Of a stretch of DNA of 51,585 nucleotides, positions 19,935-32,290 are shown piece by piece. The stretch covers positions 1 to 51,585 of the forward strand of contig CBFFSA010000056.1 in the NCBI GenBank assembly GCA_965644495.1, in the 5' to 3' direction. Numbering within the stretch: the first letter of the stretch is position 1; each line of letters opens with the position of its first letter. The DNA is from Perkinsela sp. CCAP 1560/9. Lineage: Eukaryota > Protista > Euglenozoa: Kinetoplastea. Made by a program: the position numbers and the translations under genes. The notes beneath the pieces were generated by a model. It did not search any database, was not told the DNA's origin, and saw nothing but the letters and a program-made list of their open reading frames with translations.

Positions 19935-22900
19935 TTTCCTTCCCCCCTTCTCTCGCTTCTTTGAGAGAAAACTACAACCGCACATCTCTAACTATATATT
20001 AAAAAACGAGTGTAAGAAATCCATTCTAAAGAAATTAAAGCTAAATCTAGAAGCCATAAGTATCCTCCTCTGTACGGGGCTCCAAGAACCGACGCAACTG
20101 GCAGTTTAACACTGCCCCATTCAATTCTTGCAAATGCAGCGCAAAGTCTCGTTCCACCGCCTGCGGATTCATGGACGATTTCTCGGCCAAAATGTGTAGT
20201 AGCTCTCTTGTGTTGGCGTGAAGTGATCCGCTTGCAAGGATGGGTAAGCACCGAAAGTTGTCCTCTCTTAATATTTTGGTCGCCACGTACTTGGTGCGTT
20301 TCCTCGTGATCGCGTCTTGGAGTGCTTTTGCTGGCTTGGTACCGAGAATGGAAGGAGCGAGCTCGTGTACGACTGTAAGGTCATAAAAGATCTCCCCTGT
20401 GGCCCAATATACTACCAAATCGGGGCCCGATCGATGCAACGCGCTGCCTTTGCACGCTGTTGCATGCTCCCTCTTTCGCTCTTCGGAAATTACTTCCGAG
20501 CACCCGAGGCACGTGTACGATGAAAACTGACGGGGCTCCCGCTCGCATGGGATACCGGCCTTCATGCAAAGGTCGTAGATGTAACGAATCAGACAATTGT
20601 GCTTCGTAGTCGAATTCGTTCCGGTGCACCTGACGCATCCCGGCACGTGGGTGAGAGCGGTCTCGCCGTTGATTTCCGTTTTGCAGCCCGGGCAGAGAAA
20701 GGATGAAGGGAGCTCCGGGTGACAGATACCGAGCCTCGGCATCACTGCTAGGGTGTATTGTCGCGTCGGTATAAATCGTTCGGTCGCGTGCAGCCACGAG
20801 TAGCTTCCTTTCCGAGTAGTTGCCTGCATTATCTGCGCAGTTTTCTTGGTTTCACACAGACGCGTTTTTATCGCCTTGTGTACTGCTTTCTCCGCAAACT
20901 CTTCTTCCGGTACAGCGGCCACTGTTGAGGCATCGCACGTCGCGACTTGAGCTGAAAACTTTTTTTGCTGCTCTAAAGCTGCGTGTTGCGAAGCCTCATA
21001 TGCGGCCACTCGGATAGAGTCCGTTGAAGACAGGCCCAAACCACCCATCGACAGCGGCAAACGAGCCCACTCGACTTGATCGGATGTCAAAGGACCAAGC
21101 CATGCTTTCAGAACGTCTTCTACCTCTGAGTCAAATTCCTTCGCCATCTCTCCAGATGCCTCCGGCGCGTGCGTTCGAATCTGGTATCTTTGTCTCACAT
21201 TGACGCATTTCGACAGGATGAGGCACGAGACATTATTTGCTCCCATTCTCCGCAATCTTCTAAAAATTGTTTTATGCTTACGAAGATTCCTTAAAAGAAG
21301 ATTGCTGACCCGTTCATTTTCTCCGATGTATGCCCCTAGTGCTTTCAGGGCATCTGACTCAGAATTCACCCCGGCCATCTTTAGAGTCTCTGGAATTTCT
21401 CTACCTTCTCTCCCGCCAAACCACACACATTTTCTGTTAGCGAGTTGTACATCTCTCTCGCCCAAAAGGTCCCACAGTCTATAGAACGCTTTCGTCAAAA
21501 GATCCGCGTCGTCGGACACCAGATTTATGTCATCGATATAGGCAAAAATTTTCAGCGTTGGGTATTCAAGAGCCAATGTTGCGAGCATTGGCTGCATGAA
21601 GGTGCAGAAAAGAAAGCTGGAAAGCGGCGACCCCTGCCGCACACCTCGAGAACTACTAACCGTGCCGTGTAGCGTACCATCTTTCCCGTAGAACAACAGT
21701 TCAGATGGTTTAGAATATTGCGCATGGAAGAGACGTTGGAAAGGACGAAGCGTAGCATAAGAGTACAGAGAGTCGGCGATGTGATCGCGATACGGTGAAT
21801 TGAATGCATTGCACAGATCAATCGACAGAATTTTTTCACCCTTCATGTAGCTCTCCTGAAGTTGATGCACGATGGACTCGCATCCTGATTTTTGCGATAC
21901 CCCGTATTGCCAAGGAGCAAACAAAGTGCCAAGGGATCGTTCGTATTTCTGTAGCATAACCACTTCCGCTAGCTTCAGAAACATTTCCCCAACCGCGACA
22001 GGGCGAATACCTCCGTCGGCTTTCGGAATAGCAACCAGCCGCGCTCTTTTAAGTCTTGTCATCACCTCGTCCGCTACCTTCCCGTTGATCACATCCAAGA
22101 GCATGTGACATAGGGCAGAGCAACATACTTCGTCATCCAGAAGTATGCGAACGATTCCATCCGTGGTTCCAGAAGGGCCAGGAGCTGCTCCCTTAGCAAG
22201 ACGTCGTCCAGCCTCTCGAAGTTCTTGTGTCGATAAAATCGCCAAAGCTGGAGCATCTGCTGGAAGGTGGAATGTGCGTTCGGAATATGGATGAAGCGTT
22301 TTCAATTTCGCGATCGTCTCCTCGTCAGACAGCTTGCGCTCGATTACCTCCTGGTCCAACACTTTTGTGGCCTTAGATGCACATCCCTCAACGACCAACC
22401 GAATCGCTTTTTTGATCGCTCGGGCGTCCGAGGCTTCCTCATCCTCCATCGCATTCTCTGCCTTTTGGAGCTCGCGTTTCGATTTCATTGGCCTTCTGCG
22501 ACGTCTACGCGTGTAGGCCTCACGAACAGCAGCTAAAGAGAACTTCATCGCCGACATCAGTCTATGCCAGATTTTGTTTCTCTGATCGTACCCACAGTCC
22601 GCATAGTCCCTGATCAATTCCCGGTAAACCGCTATGACGCACGGGACGAATTCCGATCCTATCGATTTGACAGTGGGAATTGGCTCCAAATCCAAATCAC
22701 ATTCCGTGTTGGTCACGCTTGGAATTAATGGATCACTTTGATTTGTAGTGGGTGAGTCGCCAGGATTTCCTTGGGCTTCCGGTCCGACTTGTCCATCCAT
22801 CCACACTATTCTGTATATCCTAACATTCGGTTGCGGTGGTAAGGTCCCCACGAAAGCTTCTTGTACTTGATGACCCTTAATCCCCTGATAGTCGATAGCT

Positions 22901-23540
22901 ATTTTGCGAATGCCCGCTCTTGTTTTAACTGAATCCACCACTCCAATCGAGATATTCAACAAGGGCTGTCGATCAAAACTCCATGCAACTACGCATTCAT
23001 TCCCTAGTCGAGCGTCTTTAGTCTGCTGCGCTATTCGTTCTGGGCTCAGGGGGAAGTCAACACCAATCCGCACCGTAGCGTAAAGCGCTCGAACTATCCG
23101 GGTGACCGCATTTACATTTCCTGATGTATCTGTGATTCGCAAATCTTCCTTTTCGAATCTCTGCTGCTCATGTGCTGTCGGCGGGCTATCGCAATCCAGA
23201 AATTCATTTAACACCTCATCAGGTGACATGATACCGGGTGTCAAGGGTCTAGGGGTGGCCTCTGTTACCAGAAAGGGTGGTGGAGAAGAATATTGTGGAG
23301 ACATGAGTTCTGCAACGGAAATATTCGTAACCGGTAGCGGAGACGGCAACCTCTGAAATGGGGACGACGGATCTGTTGCCGTATTTTCCGTGGCTTGAGT
23401 ACGATTCTGCGTGGCCGCCACCGGTCTCTGCGTGGCCGCCACCGGGCTTTGCGTAGTTCTTTCTTGTGCCTGTGGGGATACCGCTCGGGCGTAAGAAATT
23501 TGTTTCTGGCTCACGGTGTTGGGCGGCGAGTCAATGTCCC
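19935..23540 (-). mobile_element. Near-complete CRE-clade (CRE/SLACS/CZAR-like) non-LTR retrotransposon with an uninterrupted 1155-codon ORF (20047-23514), 5'-truncated
   Basis: RT motifs (AAPGPSG, IPKADGGIRPVAVGE, IDLCNAFNS, GVRQGSPLS, YIDD, LGAYIG), RLPLSMGGLGL, a CCHC knuckle and an RLE (KHN, EREP, GPD, YDLTVVH, RK..KY). There is no ATG before codon 70. The 3' UTR ends in the conserved hairpin/purine tract. Confidence 0.92.
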
Positions 23541-23544
23541 CCCC

Positions 23545-24225
23545 ATTCCGTCAATGGACCGAGCCAGTTCTTCAATACGCTCTCGACATTGTCATCGAAT
23601 TTAGTGGAGGCCTCCTTTGTCACAGACGGCGGATGGACGCGCATGACGTATTGTTGCTTAACATTGATACATTGCGAAAGAAGTATCAATGCTACATTGC
23701 TTAATCCCATTGCTTTTAATCTCTGGAAGCTTGTATCTTGTTTATCCACTGCTTCCATTAATCTTTTCTTGATCTGATTCTCTTTGCCGATGTGTGCCCC
23801 CAATACTTTGACCGCTTCTTCCTCATTGCGCACACCCTGTACCTTCAGGCTTGGTGGGATTGGCTGAGCCGACCCCTCCCCAAACCATATACACTTCATT
23901 GTTGCTAGCGTGAGCGAGTATTGAACCATCAACTCTTGGAGTCTCTGAAACGCTTTTTCGATTTGAGCACTTTTTAGGGAGGACATGGTAACGTCATCGA
24001 TGAAAGCGTGAAACTCCACTTCGGGAAATTCCATCGACAGTGTTTCCAGCATGGGTTGAAAAAAGGCGCAATAATACATGGAAGCCAATGGTGAACCCTG
24101 CCGCAGACCTGATGTGCTTAGGACTGTTCCGACCAATTTTCCTTCTGAACCATAATACAGCAATTCAGAGGCCCCCGAGTATTCGACCTCGAAGAATCGC
24201 TGGAAAGGGCGGAGTGCACTGAAGA
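23545..24225 (-). pseudogene. CRE-clade RT internal fragment
   Basis: LRPFQRFF, GLRQGSPLAS, FIDD, KVLGAHIG. Confidence 0.85.
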
Positions 24226-24862
24226 AATCAACGACGAGAGTCTTCCACATACATTAAAAACAACTTGTAAGAAAACATTGTTGTAAGAGCTAAAGAAATA
24301 TATCGCTGATATCCTGAATCTCATCCACTGCCTATATTTACTAGCTAAAGAATATTCGTATTATTGATGCAACTATCCGGATGTATATAGCGCGCAAACT
24401 ATTTCAAAAGCATAATATAAAAATATAATACGTAGTGAAGGGGCTTTGCCCCCTGGCACGCAGCCACCACCCTTGGGGGCTGGTGGGAGGGCATCGCACA
24501 CTAATAAAAATAACTTGTAAGAGAATGTAAGCTATAAAACTATACACAATCTACATAAAGTTATAATTTAAATCATATTAAAAGATATAATAGAATTCAT
24601 AATCAGAGATTATGTGCCTCGTAGGGCCATTCGAGAAAAAGGAGTCTTTTCAAATTCGTATTTGTTCTCGTCTAAATTTCCTCTCGTAAACTATCAGAAA
24701 TCAACGACGAGAGTCTTCCACATACATTAAAAACAACTTGTAAGAAAACATTGTTGTAAGAGCTAAAGAAATATATCGCTGATATCCTGAATCTCATCCA
24801 CTGCCTATATTTACTAGCTAAAGAATATTCGTATTATTGATGCAACTATCCGGATGTATATA
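24223..24862. repeat. 167-bp direct repeats (24223-24389 and 24696-24862) flanking a ~306-bp insert
   Basis: AGAAATCAACGACGAGAG...CCGGATGTATATA appears identical in both copies. Confidence 0.92.
24392..24697 (-). mobile_element. Putative non-autonomous mini-element built from the two termini of the YR retroelement
   Basis: 24492-24697 equals 35281-35486 (206 bp, directly upstream of the gag ATG). 24392-24472 equals 27179-27259 (81 bp, downstream of RT/RH). Confidence 0.6.
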
Positions 24863-27178
24863 TTTTTTTTTTTTTTTTTCTTGTTTCTTTTGGCTTTCCT
24901 GACGCAACCCAACTATCCAAGAACTTTCTCAAGTTTACATAAACTTTTAGTACTGATTTTTGTCTATCTCTTCGCAGACTTTATAATTCCAATTTGTATC
25001 TTTTCTGTACTTTTGATTTCTTAAAGAATAGTGCTTTTCTGATAGTCTTGAGGCTCCAAAAAATGTCGGAGCTGTGCGTATACTTCGGATCCGTTCAGCT
25101 CTTGGAGTAGCAACTTGAATGCCTGTTCGGTTTTTTGGGTATCCAACAGGCAGACATCCGTCAGTGATTTAATTAGGCCCCGTGTGCTCTTATGTAAAGA
25201 CCCGCAGGACAAGACAGGAAGGCACTCAAAAGCTTCCGCCGGAATCATGCCACTATTGACGTATGTTTCATTTTTCCGCTGTATAGCTTCTCGCACGAGT
25301 TGGGAACACTTTTTATTCCGATGGGAAGGCGCGAGCTCGTGCACCACAGTTAGGTCGTAGAACACCACGCCACTGTTCCAGTAGATCGCAAGATCCGGGC
25401 CTGAGCGATGAAACTGCCGTCCTCCGCATGTTTTGTGGTGGAGATGCTGATTGTTGTAGTCGACTGTATTTCCGCATGTTAGACAACTCCACGTGCTAAA
25501 AGAACGCGGCTCTCTTTCGCATGGAATACCAGCTTTCATGCAAAGATCATACAGAAACTTGGTCAACATGTTGTGCTTCGCTGTGGCGTTGAAACCTGTA
25601 CATTGCACGCATCCGGGGATGTGAGTTAGTGCAGTGTTTGCATCCATCAATGTTCGGCATCCAGGGCAAGTCATAGCATCAGGAAGTCTCGGGTGATGTA
25701 CTCCAAGACGGGGCATGACTGCTAGCTCGAATAAGTGCGGTGGTACATATCTTACATTGGACAGTAGCCAGTCATAACTCCCCTTATTGGAGGTTGCTTT
25801 TAACGTCCCGGCCATTTGTGGATCGCTTACGAGTTTGTTCCATGCTTCCTCATGAAGTTTCGCTGCAGCGGTAATTTCGTCAGTAGGTGGTTTTTGACGA
25901 GCGAGTTCTTGTTCATTTGCTGTCCCAGCGTGTTCAGTGCTATGAAACTGTGACGGCACAACTCGAGCTGAAAAAGATTTTATATGCTCAAAAGCTGCGT
26001 GTCGGGAAGCTTCATAAGCTGCCGCGCGCGTTGGGTGACATGCCGTGAGACCAAGTCCTCCTTTCTTCAGGGGTAACCTTGCTATGTCAATTTGTCTAGT
26101 CTGCAATGGGCCCATCCATGTTTGAAGTACGCTCTCGATTTCGCTATCAAAACGTTTACATGTTTGATCCGTGGCCTTGGGGTTGTGTGTCCTCATGTAG
26201 TACTGTTGACGAACGTTCACACTTTTTGTCAAAAGGATGAGGGATACGTTACTCATGCCCATTAGCTTTAGCCTGCGGAATATTACTTCTTGTTTGCCGA
26301 TCTTTTGGAGCAGTTTTTGACTGATGGCGTCGTCTTCTCCAATAAAAGCCCCCAGTACTTTAGTGGCCTGGCTCTCGGTTTGTACTCCTTCGGCTTGAAG
26401 AGCTTCTGGAATGGACTTGCCGAGGATGCCACCAAACCAAACACATTTATGCGCCGATAGTGCAAGATTGCTAGATGCGACAAGTGCCTTCAGCCTTTTA
26501 AAAGCGTTCGTGAGCTGATTCGGATCTTCGGATGTCAAATTGATATCGTCGATGTACGCATGTATGTTGATGCCAGGAAATTCTTCTGCAAGGGTTTCCA
26601 ATACAGGTTGTAGGTATGTGCAGAAATACAGCGTGGATAGTGGCGATCCCTGTTTTACTCCTGAGGAACTTGATACTGTGTCGACCAATTTACCTTCGCT
26701 GCCGTAGAAGAGAAGCTGAGATTGCTCGGAATATTCAGCCGCAAAAAACCTTTGGAAGGGTCGGAGCGTTGCGATACCGAAAACATGCTTTGCGACGTCA
26801 TTCCTGGAGGGGGTGTTGAACGCATTTTTCAAGTCTACGGATAGGATGGAGTGGCCTGTCAAATATTTTTCGTGAAGGGTGTGCACTATCCTCTCGCAGC
26901 CCGCTTTTGACATTATCCCCTGCTGCATTGGCGCAAAAAGTGGCTCCAGGGTATTCTCATAGCGTTGAAAAAGAATGATTCCCGCTAACTTTCCAAAAAC
27001 GTCTCCCATAGCAACCGGCCGAACGCCTCCATCTGGTTTCGGGATAGCAATCAACCTCGCTCTGTTTAGCCGCCGTAAAACTTGTCGCGAAAGAAAACCG
27101 TTCAGTAGATCGGCCATCATGTGACAAAGGCTCGTGCAGCACACTTCATCGTCCAGTAGAAGTCGTAGCACGTTGTCA
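24863..27178 (-). mobile_element. CRE-clade element, 5'-truncated, with RT-RLE, 3' UTR and poly(A)
   Basis: ORF to stop at 25021 with IPKPDGGVRPVAMG, VDLKNAFNT, YIDD, CPGC knuckle and SGPD/YDLTVVH. The T-run at 24863-24879 is an A-tail on the minus strand. The first ~57 aa of the track ORF come from adjacent non-CRE DNA. Confidence 0.9.
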
Positions 27179-27435
27179 GCGCAAACTATTTCAAAAGCAT
27201 AATATAAAAATATAATACGTAGTGAAGGGGCTTTGCCCCCTGGCACGCAGCCACCACCCCGATCGCTCGTCTCCTCACAACATCCTGTCTCTCGTATATT
27301 AAATCGCTGCACGTTCCACATACAAAATTCCATTGCGAAGCTGGCCAAGCTGCGAACGGAAGCTTGATAAACCTACATTTGATCATTCACTAAATACATA
27401 TTTTTTTTTTTTTTTTTTTGAAAGAAGAAGCAATC

Positions 27436-27466
<31 letters not shown>

Positions 27467-27476
27467 TGTTTAATCT

Positions 27477-29685
27477 CTAAAAAATTCTGCTTATTGGGTC
27501 CGCTGGATTTAGTTTCGTAGAAATATAATGAGCTTGAATACATATTCCTTTATTCTTTAAACTCTGTAAAATGCTTTTCAATTCTTTCGCTATGCCATCA
27601 GACTTGCATATTTTCCGATTCAACGCTGCTCGACAAGACGTATTATCAATCCAAAGCTGAACGCAAGTCCCTTGCTCGAAATATTTTTGGAATTCTTCGA
27701 GGGCGAATCGCACCGCCGCCGCTTCTGATTTGTTAACTTCGTAGGTCCATTCTGCTGGCCAAGGTGCGCCCAAAATCTTAACCTCTCCGCTATCCATGTA
27801 CAGAATTGCTCCCCATCCTTTTGAGGAGGCGTCTGTAAAGAGTTTATGACGCGGAGGTGCAGTGGCGGGGTGAGGGGGTGCTCTTATCGGCACGTTTTTA
27901 ATCAAGTCGTCACGCCATTGAGCTAAGATCACACGAGTTTTCATGGGAAGATCCACGATTTTGTCCTTTGCAAAAGGATGTCGGTTCAAGTAATTAATAC
28001 GTCGTTGTACTATTTTTATCGCAAAGTGATATTGCGGGATTACCACACCAAGTATCGAAGAGCAGTACAGTAGACGCCCCACCGCCGCCTCCAGCTCTAA
28101 GAAAGTGAGTCTCGAAAAAGTATCCCGTTTCAATTTGCTCACAACCTTCGGTCCCAAGCAGACCCGGCTTGATGCGTGATCAAATTTCACTCCGTTGAAC
28201 ACGTATTGTTTCGTCGGAGGAACGTCCTGATCTTTAAATCGAGCTCCTGCCACTCGCGCACGCGAGTCAATAAAATAAACATACTCGTCTGCATGTTTTC
28301 TAGATCCGGAAAAACGAACTCCATCTATATAGATATCAGTAGAACCGTGTTGATACGAGTGGGATTTTGAGCAATAATCTTTATTTCCTGCCAACGCTGC
28401 TGTCATGCAATGCATAATTTCAGGCGCACATCTGTGGCCCATGGGTAAAACATTCATTTCGTATAATTGCCCATCTTCTGCACGAAACCGAAACTTTGCT
28501 CGGGATCGTAAGGGTAAGCCAACCTGGTAAAAACCACACATTAGATCACGTTTTACCCCCACCTCAGCATTTACTGCGTATAAATAACGAGAAGGGTGTA
28601 GGAGAGGAACAGCTGGTTCGTAGTCCTTTAGGCGTAAATTGTCTGATCGTGTCCATGAAATAAAACGTCTTCTGTCTTTGCCCGCGTCGTCTTTTTCAAG
28701 GACAGTGAACGGAACCATATATTGCATGGTCGGGCGTCGTTTGGCTTCTTCGGTAGATACCTTCGATATGACTTTAGACCGAATCAATGCTGGAATGTCT
28801 CCTGGAGCCAATGCCGGTTTAATGCAAGGAGCGGACTCAGCTTTCTCGGGCAACTTGGTGAGTTCATCAAGAACGTACGTTAGCCTATCATTCTGTTGTT
28901 CCGTTAGCCACTTCCGTAATTTTTGAACATTCAACGTCGGAATATTATCCTTTGCATGCAAGGGGATATGGTAGTCGTCGGTTTTAGCTAATTTGGAACT
29001 GCGCCTTGGACATAAAATTGAATACGATTTAAGGAAAGGAACCTGTTCGTGAAACTCCTGAACCATCACATTATCGATGCACCGGGGAGAAGTACTGACA
29101 CCTTCTGAGTCCCTAACGCTCTTGCCGTAGTTATTTGGTTGGCGTTGTACCGCAGTAGACTTTCTACGTTCAAGTGCTTTGAGAGATTCATTACTTCCGA
29201 TAAGTTGAGGTGGCCTTCTACTATTTCCTGAAATAGAAAGGTGATGGCTCCTCTCTTGATTGAGTGCGTGCCATATCCGTCGCCTAGGACGTCTCGAATA
29301 TGGAGATCCATCTCCTGAACTGTCGCGGTGCTCATTCGTTGCCCTGGTCGCAGGCTGCTTACATACTGAGCTATTTGGTTTGTGCCCGGACCCGTGATGA
29401 TCGCGTACATGTACGGTCGGTACGGATTTAGACGAGTGGTCCTCGTGAAACGTCCCCAGTAGATTATTATTTCGTTCGAATTTACACTCAGAAATTGCTC
29501 CCTTCTTAGCTCGGCCGTTTCGGTCCAGCGTGACGCGGCTTTCCAGCATAGCAGGACCGTCATTGCTTGTGTTATCGACAGGCGTGTGCACAATTTTTGC
29601 AACATGGGAGGTGTTATCGGTTGCATTTGACGTTGTGGTTCCGTGCCCCCCTGGGCCTGAATCGCTTTTGTGAACAACTTCAACG
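27477..29685 (-). CDS. DIRS-type reverse transcriptase-RNase H (3' part of the YR element)
   Basis: FTVLEK..RRRFI, RDLMCGFYQV, LPMGHRCAP, IYIDG and FNGV; RNase H motifs LFTDASSKGWGA, VNKSEAAAV, IDNTS, YISTKLNPADPISR. Confidence 0.88.
29066..29685 (-). CDS. Tyrosine recombinase catalytic C-terminal part
   Basis: WKAASRWTE (R), THSIKRGA (HxxR), LSKH (H) and LLRY (Y) form the R-H-R-H-Y catalytic set. Confidence 0.85.
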
Positions 29686-29910
29686 TGTTTGAATGCATTG
29701 CACCCCCTGAGAGGACAGGTATACATTGAAAGCTTTCAGCCATGATCTTCCCGGTCTTGACGTATGTGTCATGTTTTCGTCGACAGGCGTCGCGGAATAA
29801 ATGTGCACACTTTGTGTCAAGGTTTGAGGGTGCCAATTCGTGGATGACTGTTAGATCGTAGTATATCTCGCCGGTTGCCCAATATATAACAATGTCAGGA
29901 CCGGACCGAT
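29686..29910 (-). pseudogene. CRE-clade endonuclease fragment, in frame with the YR
   Basis: HRSGPDIVIYWATGEIYYDLTVIHELAPS...FQCIPVLSGGAMH. Confidence 0.8.
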
Positions 29911-29911
29911 G

Positions 29912-30327
29912 AACAACAACAACAACAACAACAAATACACTGAGTCCTTTTTAGTGGACCAGTTAGGGGCTCTCGAGTAGGTACTTATAGTGTCGATACA
30001 TCTCGACTTCTTCGTATGACACACTGGACTTCACAAAGCAGAAAGAATATACAAAATAGTAAAACACTTAAACTTTTCAATAAATCCGACGTGGCGGAAC
30101 GTACATCGGGTTCATCAAAATATGCTCAACCAGGATTAAATGCTCAACCAGGATCAAATGCTCAACCAGGATTAAATGCTCAACCAGGATTAAATGCTCA
30201 ACCAGGATTAAATGCTCAACCAGGATCAAATGCTCAACCAGGATTAAATGCTCAACCAGGATCAAATGCTCAACCAGGATCAAATGCTCAACCAGGATCA
30301 AATGCTCAACTAGGATCAAATGCTCAA
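29912..30327 (+). repeat. (CAA)n + ~190-bp unique segment + 18-bp minisatellite (AATGCTCAACCAGGAT[T/C]A); inverted copy at 45572-45974
   Basis: Direct comparison of the two copies; about 11-12 units each. Confidence 0.92.
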
Positions 30328-30410
30328 GCCAGGATGAAAGCCTCGACCAGGAACAATGCTCAACGAGTAATAATTAAGATTCCGGAACAACAGAAATGTA
30401 CACATGCAGG

Positions 30411-32290
30411 TTTTTTTTTTTTTTTTTTTTGCCGCAATCTGACTGCTACCGATTTAATGTCACTAACAAATATTGTTAATTGATTTTATTTTGAATTGGG
30501 GGGAGGGATCGCAGTCGGATAAGACGTTCTCATAAATAGTATATTGTCGGAAGACAGCTTCAGTATGGTCTGAAAATCAAGAAGACATTCAATTCTCTCA
30601 CTGTAGATTCCTTTTTATTTGCGGGTTTCGACCAAATTTGGGTGTAAAATGAGATTTTTCATTGAAATCTTGCCCGATGCCACGTTTGTTAGCTCGTTGT
30701 GAAAGCACGTCATCTCGATTTGCACGTTTTCCTATTGTGCTACATGGATGTTTCACTTTATCAGCTTTCTTAGGTTCCTTTAGGAGCACTAATGTACCTC
30801 TTTGACTGTTTGCTCTTCCTACCTTGGATTTACTCATATTACTTACTTCTTGAGTTGGATTTCTTTTCCTAGCAATTTTATTGTTCTTAGATTTCGGTAT
30901 GTTTTGTCTGAAACAGAAGGATGATAATGAAACGTCTTGTCTTTCAGCTGCTTGCTTTGCAAGCCAATCAGCCATTTCGTTGTACTGGTTGCCGCAATGA
31001 GCTTTAACTTTAACAACGTATATAGAATTCGTTTCTTCAATCTTACGGAGCTTTGCATCGATAACACGAAGGAGGGAAGGGTTTTCAGCTTTTTGGTATC
31101 CCGTTAATCTAAACTGGTGTCTTAACTTATGAACAAAATCCCAGACACAAGTAGAATCAGTATGAATAACAACAGTGCGCGTTAAGCCAGATGCCTGATC
31201 AAGTCCTTCACAAAGGGCATACATCTCTGAGTTGGAAGAGGTTCGTTCTATTTCCTCCGGAAGCCTTAAACCTAAATTTATAGTTGGAAGCTGATGCCCC
31301 AGTGCTAATATGCCGCACCCGCATTGCATTTTCCCTTGTTTTCTTATGAGACAACCGTCAGTATACAGGTGAACTTTGTTGCGATTCAATGGGAAAACAT
31401 TGGGTCCTTCCTCAAGAAATTGAAGGTTCTCGTATGTTGTATCCTTAGAGGTTCTCTTATACTCATTCATCCATTTCGTTGATCCGAATGTTGTTACACC
31501 GTGATTGGGTTCAAGACGTTTACGAAGTTGCCCGATAAGTGACGACCAATGACTTCTATCTTGGGCTTGTACGAATACCTCGCTTACGAGAAGATTCAAG
31601 TCCCTTGCGCATTGTTCAATAGTAGTGGGGAATTTGCTTTCCTCATTATGTCTCCACATAGAAGCATGTGTATAGAGACATGAATGACGAACCAGATGAC
31701 CAACCAATTGTGCTCTCTTAATTCTCGATGTCGTGCTGACTCTGTCGTCACCTTGGTATAGAGAGTCCAAACGTGTGCCCTTCTTGCCATCCCATGAACT
31801 TACCCCACAAACCCATCTTCTCATTCGATGAACCTGTGTATCTAAATGCTTGGTTTCTTTATCCGTGAGTGTCCAAGTTCCAGCACTATAGACCAACACA
31901 GGCATTACCAATGTTTTGAAAACTATTAGCTTTGAACTTATGGGCAGTGGGGAGTTCCAGATTCCTTGCAGCTTATTCATTGCATACCATGCTGCCCTTA
32001 CACGTTCTAGAGCAGGTTTACCTCTTTTGCCCTCTTCGTAAACATTTCCTAGATACCGGTACTGTTTTACTCGTGGAATTTCGCCAATGCTTGTTACGAT
32101 TAAAGGGCCATTCGAATCAGGAACTCGCCCAAATGTCATCCATGCTGTTTTTGATGGTCCCACAGAAACTCTAAGGTTAGCTTTCCCGGCACAAGAAACC
32201 AAGCTTTCAATCATTTTCGAGAGTTCTTGTTTTGACTCTGCAAAAAGGGCAATGTCGTCGGCATAATTAGTATCCGATACACGAATGCGT
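30411..32290 (-). mobile_element. RTE-like non-LTR fragment: RT C-terminal half + RNase H + 3' UTR + poly(A)
   Basis: YADDIAL, YRYLG, RVRAAW..LQGIW and VLVYSAGTW; RNase H motifs YTDG, SEMYAL, HTDS, KVKAHCGNQYNEMAD; T20 at 30411-30430. Confidence 0.85.

Noticed and set aside
20047-23514. Bacterial group II intron, retron or DGR reverse transcriptase
   Set aside because: The GGLG thumb motif, CCHC knuckle and PD-D endonuclease identify eukaryotic CRE-clade non-LTR elements.
24437-24495. Possible HDV-like ribozyme or ingi/L1Tc 77-79 bp signature (GTGCCAGGG)
   Set aside because: Only a 9-nt match; I could not build the nested pseudoknot, and the segment maps to the YR-element 3' end.
25001-25016. 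TTTCTGTACTTT resembling the spliced-leader 3' end
   Set aside because: Short match in an AT-rich UTR, antisense to the element, with no SL 5' part, GT donor or Sm site.
30016-30483. NAQPG, ILVEHL and VNKKGV repeat proteins (also 44615-44929 and 45466-45873)
   Set aside because: 18-bp minisatellites are open in several frames; the C-termini differ between copies, so there is no support for real genes.
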